Positions 53,001 through 63,066 of a stretch of 64,000 nucleotides of DNA are shown here, piece after piece. Below the pieces are notes generated by a model that ran no database searches, was not told the DNA's origin, and saw nothing but the letters and a program-made list of their open reading frames with translations. This DNA comes from Phycisphaeraceae bacterium (GTDB lineage Bacteria > Planctomycetota > Phycisphaerae > Phycisphaerales > Phycisphaeraceae), in assembly GCA_963674705.1 (NCBI GenBank), contig OY771506.1:4544001-4608000 (forward strand), given 5' to 3'. Numbering within the stretch: the stretch's first letter is position 1; each line of letters starts with the position of its first letter. The translations under genes were made by a program, and so were the position numbers.

Positions 53001-56000
53001 ATCGATACAGCGGGAACCAATTACCACATCACCGCCCCCGGCACTATCGAACAGCAGTGGAACAACCTTGAATATGCCTACTCAATCAACTCGCCGAAAA
53101 TCGGCAGCCTCCAAACGATAGGCACCACCGTCGATGTTTCCGAGCATGTGATGGTCGTGTCCTCGTACGCCTACACCAGCAGCATCAGGTACTACGACGC
53201 CACCATTTTTACCCGTGACGGCTATGGCTCGCCCTGGGAATTTGCCAAGTACCTCAACGAGAATGTCCTGGGCACCACCAGGCAAAGTTCGTCGTACCGC
53301 GTTGCAACAAACGACGAGTTTGTATTCGTCGGCCTGCCTGAAATATCCACTGTATACATCTTCAAACAAGACCCCGATTCAGGCCAATGGGTGCAAACCG
53401 GTACGCTGCTCGGCGCCGACTTCGGCCTCGACTGGTTCAGCGGGAACATGACGGTCGATGGCAATACGCTTGTCGTCTCAGGCTTCAACACCGCTGCTTC
53501 GCAGAGATTTGTATTAACCTTCGAACGCGACCCCGGTTCACTGATCGGCTGGACACATACCAACACGTTCGCATTCAGCGCAACACCCGGCACGAGTGCT
53601 GCGTATGACACTTACGTCGCCATCCAGGACGACCTGCTTGTGGTTGGCGATCAGTTAAGCAGTAAGTTCGGTGAACGGTTAGGGGCTGTAAGCATCTACC
53701 AGCGCGACAGCGCCGACCCGCAGCAATGGAACCTCGTCCAGGACCTGGACCCGACAGGCATTACCACGCATAGTAAATTCGGCTACCTCGTCGGAATCAC
53801 CGGCAACACCATCGTCGTCGGCAACAGCTACGAGGTCTTTATCTACGAGCCCGACCAGGCAACACCTGGCCAGTGGACGCTTGTCGCCACGCCCGATGTC
53901 TCCGATCTGCGGTCCAGCATCGGCTTCTTCGTCGAAACCGATACCATCTTGATCAGTAGCCCGTCAGGTTCGCTGCTGCTGGAACGCAACATAAGCTCTG
54001 AAGCACTCTGGCAGGTCGTGCCGACCGCATTCGTCTATCCCCGGGCTTATAGAGCGATCGATGGTGAATACCTGATCTATGCGGACGCCGCTTTGGATTC
54101 CACAGCCATTGGCACCATCGACTACTACAGATTTACCGGCAACAATCCCTGGTATTACCTGTATGTTGCGCCGGACGAAGTTATCACCAACACTAGCTTC
54201 GGCGTGTCCATCCCCTCCAGCCCACCTGCCACGCCACAACTCCAGACAACATCCGATACCGGCATCAGCGACACCGACCTGATCACACGCTACAACAACA
54301 GCTCATCCGAAACCGTGCTTGCGTTTGATGTCCCCGATATCCCCGCCGGATCAGTCGTCTTTATCTATGACAACGACATCATCCTCGGCAAGGCCGTCTC
54401 CTATGGCGAGCCCCTCACAACCGTATACACCGCGGGCGTCAATACACTAGCCGACGGCACGCACAGTATCACCGCGGCGCGGCAAGACCCGGGCATGGAT
54501 ATCTCACTGCACTCAGAGCCAGTGCTTATCACCATAGACACCACAGCCCCGCGCATCGTCGGCAGTTCCATCCAGCAGAACCAGACACTGCCAATAGGAT
54601 CAAACGTACTGGTCCTTAGCTTCGACGAAGACATCGACCCGACTTTCCTCTGGGGCGGCGCCAACTACAAGAACCTTCTGACAGGCTCACTGACCACATT
54701 CAACACGGAAGACTATACCTACGACCCAACCAGCTTTACGCTTTCGATCGAACTGAACCTGCAGGATGAAGGGCCTTACCAGTTCACCACGGGTAACACC
54801 ATCAAAGACCTTGCAGGCAACCTGCTGGACGGGGAGCCACCGCTTGGCACGCTCCCGCCCGAAGTCAGCGGCGATGGCACCCCCGGCGGCGCGTTTACCT
54901 TTACGTTTGATGCCGACATGCAAGGTGATCAATATCCAACGTCCGCTTTCACCAATGTGACCGTGATCGATACACTCGGCGAGACAGCAGAGCTTATCCA
55001 CAGGTACATCAATAACGCGCAGGATACCGATACATTCCAACTCGGCCCGCGTTTAGGGCAATTGATCACCGTAATTGTTGAACCCGTTGGAGATAGCGAT
55101 TCGATCCTGACGCTTGAACTGCCGGACGAAACGATCGTCGCAAGCGCACCGGGCGAATCGATTGTCTGGACCTATCGCAACGACATCCCTGATTACCAAC
55201 TGTACATGAACGTCGGCGCTGATAGCGCGACAGAGTACAACATGACGGTTCACTTGAACGTCATGCCCGAATCGACTCTGACAAACAACGGCACATCGCT
55301 GGAACAGATGTATGACCTCAGCGATATGTGGACCGAATTGAACGACGGCTCCACCTCGTTCACAAGCGTGCTCGGTGAAGGCCTTCCATTATTCCTCGCA
55401 CTGCCGGACACCTACACGGTAAACCTCGAAGCCGGACAAGTCTTCAGCGTGCTGCTGGATTGTGTCTATAGTGGATACAACATTGAACTGTTAGATGCAC
55501 TGACGGGTGAGACCGTCGCCGAGTCAACCACAAGCGCTTACGACAACCTGCAATCACTTGAATTCACCGCCCCATCGACAGGCACCTATCACATTAAAGT
55601 ACACGCTTCTACAAAAGCAACCTACGTCCTGTCACTGTTGCGCGATGCACTATTCGACCTGCAGCTTAACTATCTAAAGACCGTTGATGAGCCATCGCAA
55701 AGCCTGGATACAACCGGACAAGTGCTCGGACATATTGATGCAACTCGCACCAACAGGCTGTTTGCTTTAGGCGAGACATCAACTTCAAAGCGCGGCACAA
55801 CCGTCTATGAGCTTAATCCTACGACACTCGAGCCGATCCGAGAGTTCACGCTTGAAGGTCTTTATCGGGTCGCCGACCTGGCGTACGACGGCGTCAACCT
55901 CTACGCACGCACCGTACAATTCGGCCCCATCTGGGCGCTTGATCCTGAAACCGGCGCAGTCCGACACAAGATCGATCGCGTTGATATCTCGCTGTCCAGC

Positions 56001-57167
56001 GACCTCGCCTACTACGACAACCTGCTTGTGATGCAGAGCGGTGATTTCGGAAACGAGCTGACGTTCTTTGATCCGTTCGATGGTTCGATCGTCGAAACAC
56101 TTACCACTGATATCGACCCCGACGCAAGACTGACCGGCCTGGTCGGCGTGCAATCGCGCGGCTCCCTGTTCGCAACGTACACGAAGACCGATGTAGAAAA
56201 CCAACTGCGAACCTGGCTCGTCGAGATAGACAGGGCTACGGGCGAGGTGATCGATGGCTCCTTCATCGCTCCGTCGGGCGTGTCGAGCCTGGCTTATGTA
56301 AACAGCCGCATCTACACGTATGACTACGGTAACGGTGAACTGCGCATCATCGATCCGACCACGCTTGCACTGTACGACATTCAAGAACTGAACAACGAAG
56401 ACTACATCAGCATTGCCGGCGACGGTATTCTGTTCAACCGGCAAACCGATCAACGAACCGATCAATACACGATCGACCTCATGCCGGGCCAGCAATTCAA
56501 GTTTTTGTGCATAAAGACCGGTTATTCAAGTGTAAACAACCTGCACTTGACTTGGCGGGTCACCGACCCGTCGGGTGAAGGTGTGCCTATCAAGCAGCGA
56601 TACGACGGCCTGACTTACATCGCGCCGCGAGCCGGCACGTATACAATCGAAGTCTTCGGCTGGTCGGGCAGCGGCGACTACCTGCTTGCGGTTACCCCCG
56701 CGCCTTACCTTGCGGGCGACTTGAACTATGATGGCTTCGTCGGCCTCGCAGACCTCGACATCCTGCTCAACCATTGGAACCAGAACGTTGCCGTCGGCAA
56801 CCTTGCATACGGTGATGCATCCGGTGATGGGTTCGTCGGCCTGGACGATCTTGACATCCTCCTCGGCAACTGGAACACAGGAACGCCACCTGTGACTACA
56901 ACCGTTGTGCAGTCTGTATCCGCTTCTGTTGAAGAAGACACTGCTATGATGAATGCGGCTTCTGAGTTGCAGACGGTTCAGCGCAAGCGCGACATACCTC
57001 AACAAGCGCAGCAACAAACAAGCATGCAATCGCAAACGCTAAGCAGCGAACAGTTAGCACTGCGATTGAATCAGAAACAACAAGCGAGTCTGCGCGACGA
57101 TCTTGGTTACATCCCGACTGCGCTTCAGCAGGAGGACGATTCACTGGTGTTGGGCTTGTGGGAATAG
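50095..57167 (+). pseudogene. Giant LEPRxLL surface protein (SdrD-B-like, FG-GAP propellers, Ig-like, dockerin-like), split by a frameshift at about 51819 (real or a sequencing error)
   Basis: FEPLEPRLLLSA; ISGLVWADINADG..DPDEPG; WQLEQRL(S) continues in the -1 frame as GDDIGYGNYFGATVAI; DSDTGIS; GDLNYDGFVGLADLD pair. Confidence 0.85.
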
Positions 57168-57475
57168 ACTGTTGACTATTCGCATATCGAAGCGGACGAC
57201 GGCCTAAACCATATCGCAACTCCGTGCAAATCAGGGCGCGTCGTGCGCGTAGTTATCCACCACCATTTCGGCGCACAGTGCTGTCGCGTTCGGTGCACGT
57301 GCGCACATTTGCGGTTCATCGGGCGGTGCCGCGACGGCTTGATTCAGACTGACCGAAGCCCAGCTCTTCGGCCCCAGCCATGCGCGATGAGTACCCCGAC
57401 AAGACAGCATGTTTTTTAGACGCCGTGGCATTTACTTGCTTCGCCACACTTGGCAAGACAACGCATGACATCACA

Positions 57476-58666
57476 TCATGTATCCGAACACCAACGCTGT
57501 CGCGCGATCTTTATGAAGTACATATAGTCATCGAGCCTGACTTCCGGCGGAACCTTGTGATCGCAACACGGGATGAAACCGCCTTGATGCACGACGGGCG
57601 TTAAGCGTTCGACCTCCGCGGCGATAGCATCGCGCGACTTCCAGAGGATGCGCTTATCGAATCCGCCGATCATCTTCAATCCCGCGCCGAACTGCTGGCG
57701 CAGTGTAACGGGGTCCATGCCGGTTGTTCCGATTTCGATAGGCATGAGTGTGTTCACGCCTGCATCAAGCCAAAGTGGTATAAGGTCATCGATCTTGCCG
57801 TCACTGTCGACGATGATGGTTTCGACACCGCCGGCGTGCAGTGTTTCAGTGATGCGTCGGTAGCGTGGGCTGAGTAGTTCTTTGAAAGTTTTCGGCGAGA
57901 CCATGGGCCCGGCGTTGTAGGCCATGTCTTCCCATATCAGGCAGGCATCGTATTTTCCGCCATTGCTTAGCGCGCGTTGCAGGACGCCGACGATGCAATC
58001 GCATACGCGGTCGAGCATTTCGTTAAGCCAGTCCGGGTCATCGTAGATGAGCATGCTGATCTGTTCGAAGCCGAGCCAGTTGCGAAGCCAGCCGTACAAG
58101 CTGCCGCCGGGCAGGATCAGCGGGAAGTCGCGGTCGCTATCGCTTGCGATCGCTTCGACTGCTTGTTGCTGCTTTGGCGCGCGTTCGGGATGATCCGGAT
58201 TGAGACGCCAAACGTAGTGTTTCTCCCAGGATTTGCGATCAACAAGCGTGTAAGATTCGGTCGCGGGCAGTGCGGTTTGCGAGCGGTGCCGACGCACGAC
58301 TGTGCCGTCGGGGACTTGCACCAACTCGGTATCATCCTCCTGCTCAAGCACAGCTTCATCGAAGAAAGGCCAAAGCCCGATACGCCAACCGCCCGGGGTG
58401 ATCATGCCGCGATCGATCGGGCCCGTGCCGTCGGTCTTGTCCGGGCAGACATAGTAGCGCATCAAGCCGTCGAGTCCGAAGTATTCGTCGCTGTTGGATG
58501 CGTTGACGTTCGAGGGCAGACCTTGATCGCGCCAGGCGTCGATTGTTTCAGGCCAATAGCCCAGGTCGATGAGCGGAATGTGATTAACGGGCTGTCCGCT
58601 GAACGCGGCGTTAAAGCGAGAGCGGTAGTTTGATCGGCTGCCGATCTTTGCTGTATTGCTTGACAT
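57476..58666 (-). CDS. Uroporphyrinogen-decarboxylase/MtaA-like family protein
   Basis: WEDMAYNAGPMVSP, VDSDG, GGFDK, GGFIPCCDH; RBS before ATG 58666. Confidence 0.85.
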   Translation of the reverse strand: MSSNTAKIGSRSNYRSRFNAAFSGQPVNHIPLIDLGYWPETIDAWRDQGLPSNVNASNSDEYFGLDGLMRYYVCPDKTDGTGPIDRGMITPGGWRIGLWPFFDEAVLEQEDDTELVQVPDGTVVRRHRSQTALPATESYTLVDRKSWEKHYVWRLNPDHPERAPKQQQAVEAIASDSDRDFPLILPGGSLYGWLRNWLGFEQISMLIYDDPDWLNEMLDRVCDCIVGVLQRALSNGGKYDACLIWEDMAYNAGPMVSPKTFKELLSPRYRRITETLHAGGVETIIVDSDGKIDDLIPLWLDAGVNTLMPIEIGTTGMDPVTLRQQFGAGLKMIGGFDKRILWKSRDAIAAEVERLTPVVHQGGFIPCCDHKVPPEVRLDDYMYFIKIARQRWCSDT

Positions 58667-58776
58667 GGTGTCGCTTCCTATCAATGAATAGGTTGATGAA
58701 TGAGAATCAACGACACCCCTGCGTTCAGCTCCGAAAGGTCGGCCCACCTTGCGCAGGATGCTCTAACAGTTGTGCA

Positions 58777-59721
58777 TCAGTATACCCGCATCGCCTCCTT
58801 GAATCGGGTTAGTGCTTTAAGATCGGGGATGGATGGTTGGGCGCCGAGTTGCGTGCAAGTCAGTGCACCGACATGGCAGGCACGATTCATGGCGGTGGGC
58901 ATATCCAGACCCGCTGCGAGGCCGACACCTAGCGTACCGGTGAATGCGTCGCCTGCTGCGGTCGTGTCGATGGCTTCGATAACCGGCGCGGCGACGTGGT
59001 GTGCATGTTCTTGTGTGACCCATAACGCGCCTTTTTCGCCTAGTTTTACAACGATCTGTTGGCACCCCCGGTCGAGTAATAGGCGTGCGGCTGCTTCTGC
59101 GGCATCGATACTGTCGACCCGTTTGCCGGTCAGCATCGATAGTTCGGATTCGTTTGGTGACGTTATCGTTACCGACTTCAGCAACGCATCGGGCAGGTCC
59201 GCCTGAGCGGGTGCGGGATCGAGGATGACAGGCAGGTCAAACTCACGAGCACGCACTGCCGCTTCGATGTTCACGCTGAGCGGGGTTTCAAGTTGAAGTA
59301 AAACGATATCCGCCCATTTGAAGACTTCGTCATTCTTCGGCAAGACTACTTCGTCATTCGCGCCCGGGCCGACCATGATGGCGTTCTGACCGGTAGCGCG
59401 GTCAAGGAGGATGACGGCGGTGCCTGTGCCGCGCGTCGAGGTTCGGATCAATCGGCAGTCGATGTGATCATCTTCGAGCGAGCTGCGCAGTTGCTTGCCG
59501 AACGCATCGTCTCCGACACAACCTATGAATCTAACGGTTGCGCCTTGTCGTGCGGCGGCGACGGCGGTGTTTGCGCCTTTCCCGCCGGGCACGAGCGAGA
59601 TGTCTTCAACGTGGATCGTTTCGCCGGGCTCGGGCAGACGGCGCAGTGGGGTCAGCACATCCATATTGATGCTGCCGATCACCAGTACATTCACAGATGG
59701 GGCGGACTTTGGAGACGACAT
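58777..59721 (-). CDS. rbsK: Ribokinase-like PfkB sugar kinase
   Basis: GSINMD, PGGKGAN, PNESE, DTTAAGDAF; GAGG before ATG 59721. Confidence 0.9.
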   Translation of the reverse strand: MSSPKSAPSVNVLVIGSINMDVLTPLRRLPEPGETIHVEDISLVPGGKGANTAVAAARQGATVRFIGCVGDDAFGKQLRSSLEDDHIDCRLIRTSTRGTGTAVILLDRATGQNAIMVGPGANDEVVLPKNDEVFKWADIVLLQLETPLSVNIEAAVRAREFDLPVILDPAPAQADLPDALLKSVTITSPNESELSMLTGKRVDSIDAAEAAARLLLDRGCQQIVVKLGEKGALWVTQEHAHHVAAPVIEAIDTTAAGDAFTGTLGVGLAAGLDMPTAMNRACHVGALTCTQLGAQPSIPDLKALTRFKEAMRVY

Positions 59722-59821
59722 GTTTTTCCTCATGTACCTCACATGGTTGGTATGATTGCTTCAGGGAAGGCAACCATATCCGCTGTTGATGTAAGTGACA
59801 TTTGAATGATGTTTGAGTAAC

Positions 59822-60964
59822 TCATACCAGATCTATCTCGGTCGCGGCGGCGGCCGACCTCAAGACGTCCACGCGTGCGGCACGAGGGACCACACATCCG
59901 CTTCCGAGGATGAATCTGCTGTGGTTCACATCACCTTGCTGAATACACGTCTGGGCCTCGGAGTGGATCTGCTCTGGCGTTGACTGGATGAATGAGAGCG
60001 TGTTAAGCCCGCCCATCAGCACGATACTGTCGCCGACACGCTCTCTCACCTCGGTGATGTTGAATCCGCCCATAGGGTCCAGCGGCGCAATCGCGTCCAG
60101 GCCGGCCTCGACCAGCCATTCAACGACCGGCAGTATGTTCCCGCAGATATGACAGTAGATCCTGCAATCTGGATGATAGTGGTGCAGTTCATCGCACACC
60201 AGCTTGAAGTACGGGTAAACAAACTGCCGCCATTGATTGGGTGAGATCACTGACATATTGGCAACGGAGTCGTTGAGCCTGAGGATACGGAGTCCAAGGT
60301 CGATATTGAATTTACCCCTCTCGATGGAAGAAGCTGTGCCTTTTTCGAGCACGGCATGAACCAGCTCGGGTTGATCCAGCATGTCGATCAAACCGTTTTC
60401 CATGCCGCGGAGAGCGATATAGTAAGAAAGGGTTGGTGAATCGAGGTCTCCAACCAGTCCCAGGCGATCTGCGGCATAGGCGATCATCCGCCGCTGCATG
60501 TCGCCGTAGCCGGCCTGCTCGTAATAGTCTTTTGTCGGGATCGCGATGCGGCGTGCATCGGCGATGCTCTGAACGGGTGGTGATGTCGGCTTCCAGTTGC
60601 GGTAGAAAGCCATGATAGAAGGATCATCGATGCGATAGTGCGCGTCATCGATCAACTGTGTTGTAAGTCCACCCGCCATGTCGATGGTACCAAGGCGACG
60701 GCCGTCCCCGGTGAGTTCATAGACGACATCTCCAACCCGCTGCGTCTGGCGTGCCGGGAAGAAAAACTGACGCGCCCCGTCGGCATTGACCTGTATGGCT
60801 GCATCGATAACCACACGCATAGCCAATTCCGGTTGCTCTATGATGTCACACAAATCGACACCCATGATCGCCGCTGCAAGGTCAACCCATATCTTGGGCA
60901 TGTACGGGACCCGATCGACAGTCTGTCCAGTAAATGCCAGATGTAGCCGTTCTTTGGGCGTCAT
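59822..60964 (-). CDS. Uroporphyrinogen-decarboxylase/MtaA-like family protein with an HxC...C motif
   Basis: MTPKERL...VDRVP, ISP..W, HICG, FILGSGC; AGGAG RBS. Confidence 0.87.
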   Translation of the reverse strand: MTPKERLHLAFTGQTVDRVPYMPKIWVDLAAAIMGVDLCDIIEQPELAMRVVIDAAIQVNADGARQFFFPARQTQRVGDVVYELTGDGRRLGTIDMAGGLTTQLIDDAHYRIDDPSIMAFYRNWKPTSPPVQSIADARRIAIPTKDYYEQAGYGDMQRRMIAYAADRLGLVGDLDSPTLSYYIALRGMENGLIDMLDQPELVHAVLEKGTASSIERGKFNIDLGLRILRLNDSVANMSVISPNQWRQFVYPYFKLVCDELHHYHPDCRIYCHICGNILPVVEWLVEAGLDAIAPLDPMGGFNITEVRERVGDSIVLMGGLNTLSFIQSTPEQIHSEAQTCIQQGDVNHSRFILGSGCVVPRAARVDVLRSAAAATEIDLV

Positions 60965-61045
60965 GATTGCTCCTGGCTGGTACCTTGGATCGGGAAGTGA
61001 GGATTGATAAATAATTTTACACGATCCCACCCGCAAGCAATTCAA

Positions 61046-61981
61046 CTATACGGCGGCTTGGCAAGCTGTAACGTTCAGTTTCGCAAGGATCTGGCGGACC
61101 TGTTTGCGTTCGTGTTCACGGTAGCGGTGGAAGGGTTCGGTCATGAAGTCGCCGCAGATGCCTAAGCATGAAAGTGCACACTTCACACCCTTGATGGTAG
61201 AAGAAGCATGCCGGCCAACGTGGTAGAGCTGGCTTACCTGCATGACGGTCTGGTGCAGCTTCTGCACGGTCGAGAGGTCTTGCGCTTTTGCCGCGTGATA
61301 AAGATCGACGTATAGCCTTGGGAAGATGTTGGCTCCACCGGTGACACCGCCGTGACCCCCAAGGATCAGCGTGTCGGCCAAGGCCTCTTCCGTTCCGACT
61401 AATAACGTCTTTTCGGGATGGTCGGCGAACAACTTCAATGCGTTCTGGAAGTACGCCATCTGCCCGGAGCTGTCTTTGTAACCCACGACGTTCGGATGAT
61501 CGAGCAGGTGGCGAAGTGTGTCCAGCTCGATGCCGACCTTCGTGCAAGCCGGGATGTTGTAAAGCATCACGGGCAGCGGGACCGCACTGATCAATCCCTG
61601 GAAGTATTCGAGCAGCTCGGGCTGGCCGGTCTTGTAGTAATACGGCGGAGCGACGACGACCGCATCAGCGCCGCAGTGTTCGGCATGGTTTGCCATCTTC
61701 AACGATTCAGTGAAAGCCGTATCGGTGATGCCGACCAGCACGGGAACGCGCCCGTTAACGAGCGAGCAGGTACGTTCGATAAGTTCGCGGCGCAGTTTGT
61801 AGCCGAGGCTCGGCGCTTCACCTGTCGTGCCAAGGACAAAGATGCCGTGCACGCCGCCGCCGATGATATGCTCGATGAGCTGTTGCAGGCCTTCGATGTC
61901 GAGCTGATCGCGGTTGATCAGGGGCGTGACCATGGGGGGAATGATGCCCGTAAATTTGATGGATTTTGCAGGACTACTCAC
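61046..61981 (-). CDS. DapA/NanA-family class I aldolase
   Basis: GIIPPMVTPL, GTTGE, LYNIP, GYKDSSG. Confidence 0.92.
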   Translation of the reverse strand: MSSPAKSIKFTGIIPPMVTPLINRDQLDIEGLQQLIEHIIGGGVHGIFVLGTTGEAPSLGYKLRRELIERTCSLVNGRVPVLVGITDTAFTESLKMANHAEHCGADAVVVAPPYYYKTGQPELLEYFQGLISAVPLPVMLYNIPACTKVGIELDTLRHLLDHPNVVGYKDSSGQMAYFQNALKLFADHPEKTLLVGTEEALADTLILGGHGGVTGGANIFPRLYVDLYHAAKAQDLSTVQKLHQTVMQVSQLYHVGRHASSTIKGVKCALSCLGICGDFMTEPFHRYREHERKQVRQILAKLNVTACQAAV

Positions 61982-63066
61982 TTGGCACTCTCCATGCTGG
62001 GCGTGGTGCGGACGGCGGATTTATCCGGTAATGGTTTTGAACACAGCGAGACGATCTCGTTGATCGTCAGTTCGAGGTTTTCCTCGACAGCGATGAGATA
62101 ACGGTGCCTGCCCGCTGGTTCAGGTTTGAATAACGCACAGCCATACTCATCCACGGTGACGCGGCCCTTTGGCGAGAGCGTGAAGCTGCCGCATCCGGGG
62201 CGTACCGCTTCGAGGATCGTGGCGGGGTCCCAGAGCGGTCGGTCATAGGGCATGGGGATGTAGTGCACATAAGCCTCGGCGACGGGATGATGATTCACCC
62301 ATTGATAATCGCAGGTGATGCTGGCCGCGGGGTAAGGCATCATGCAGCCGACTTCATAGCCACAGAAGGTGATCGGCGTCGGGCAATAGTTGAAGAAACG
62401 CACGGCTGAAGGCACATCGCTATGGATGTTGTATTCGCGGTTATCCAGTGTGGGGTTCGCCTGCACTTCATCGCTGAAGTTACCAGCCATGGCGACCACG
62501 CGCTTGACCTTCTTTTCAAACAGGTCTGCCCCGCACAATGGGCTGTGGGCGTCGCCTGGCGTATCGAATAGCTGGGCCATGTTGGTGCTGAAACCGATCA
62601 TGACCATGGTGACGGAGTTGTCCGGCTGACGGGCCAGCAGCCGGCGCAGCAAAGGTACGGCGTCCTCGTATTGATCGGGCTGTTTGGAGCGAGGGTATCG
62701 GGGTCGGCCGTCGTCGCGTGCGTTTGCTACGGGCAGGATGAATGTACGATCGTCGGGGGTGACACCGTTTTTGACGATGCCGATGGGGATGTCGCCTCGC
62801 CCGTAGAAGGTGTTGACGATATCGATGTAGACCGGCGAGAATGGGTTGTCCTTGCTGCTGACCACGCCGAGTAGTTCACATTCACCTTGTGATTGGAGCG
62901 TGTGGATCATACCCAGAGCCAGTGCGTCATCGATATCGTTACCCATATCGGTATCGAGTATCAGGCGTGTACTTCTCGCGGCTGACATCTTGTTTATTGT
63001 GTGTTTCATTCGCGTATTCAACTTCATACAAATTTCACGGGCATACTTATACTTCTGCCACTTCAA
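61978..63066 (-). CDS. Nucleoside hydrolase (IU-NH) family protein
   Basis: ILDTDMGNDIDDALAL, EYNI, WDP. True start is probably 62988-63027. Confidence 0.87.
   Translation of the reverse strand: MKWQKYKYAREICMKLNTRMKHTINKMSAARSTRLILDTDMGNDIDDALALGMIHTLQSQGECELLGVVSSKDNPFSPVYIDIVNTFYGRGDIPIGIVKNGVTPDDRTFILPVANARDDGRPRYPRSKQPDQYEDAVPLLRRLLARQPDNSVTMVMIGFSTNMAQLFDTPGDAHSPLCGADLFEKKVKRVVAMAGNFSDEVQANPTLDNREYNIHSDVPSAVRFFNYCPTPITFCGYEVGCMMPYPAASITCDYQWVNHHPVAEAYVHYIPMPYDRPLWDPATILEAVRPGCGSFTLSPKGRVTVDEYGCALFKPEPAGRHRYLIAVEENLELTINEIVSLCSKPLPDKSAVRTTPSMESAK

Noticed and set aside
25389..56883. Repeated GGCTTCGTCGGCCTCGACGA-like DNA as a DGR template/variable repeat or mobile repeat
   Set aside because: All copies are in-frame coding for the dockerin-like motif, differences look mostly synonymous rather than adenine-specific, and there is no reverse transcriptase in the window.
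57231..57431. 66-aa minus-strand ORF after the URO-D gene
   Set aside because: No RBS or recognisable motif; could be a remnant but is unsupported.
57476..60964. Calling the URO-D-like genes hemE, or the DapA-like genes dapA of lysine synthesis
   Set aside because: Sugar-catabolic context, multiple paralogues and metal-type motifs argue for other functions.
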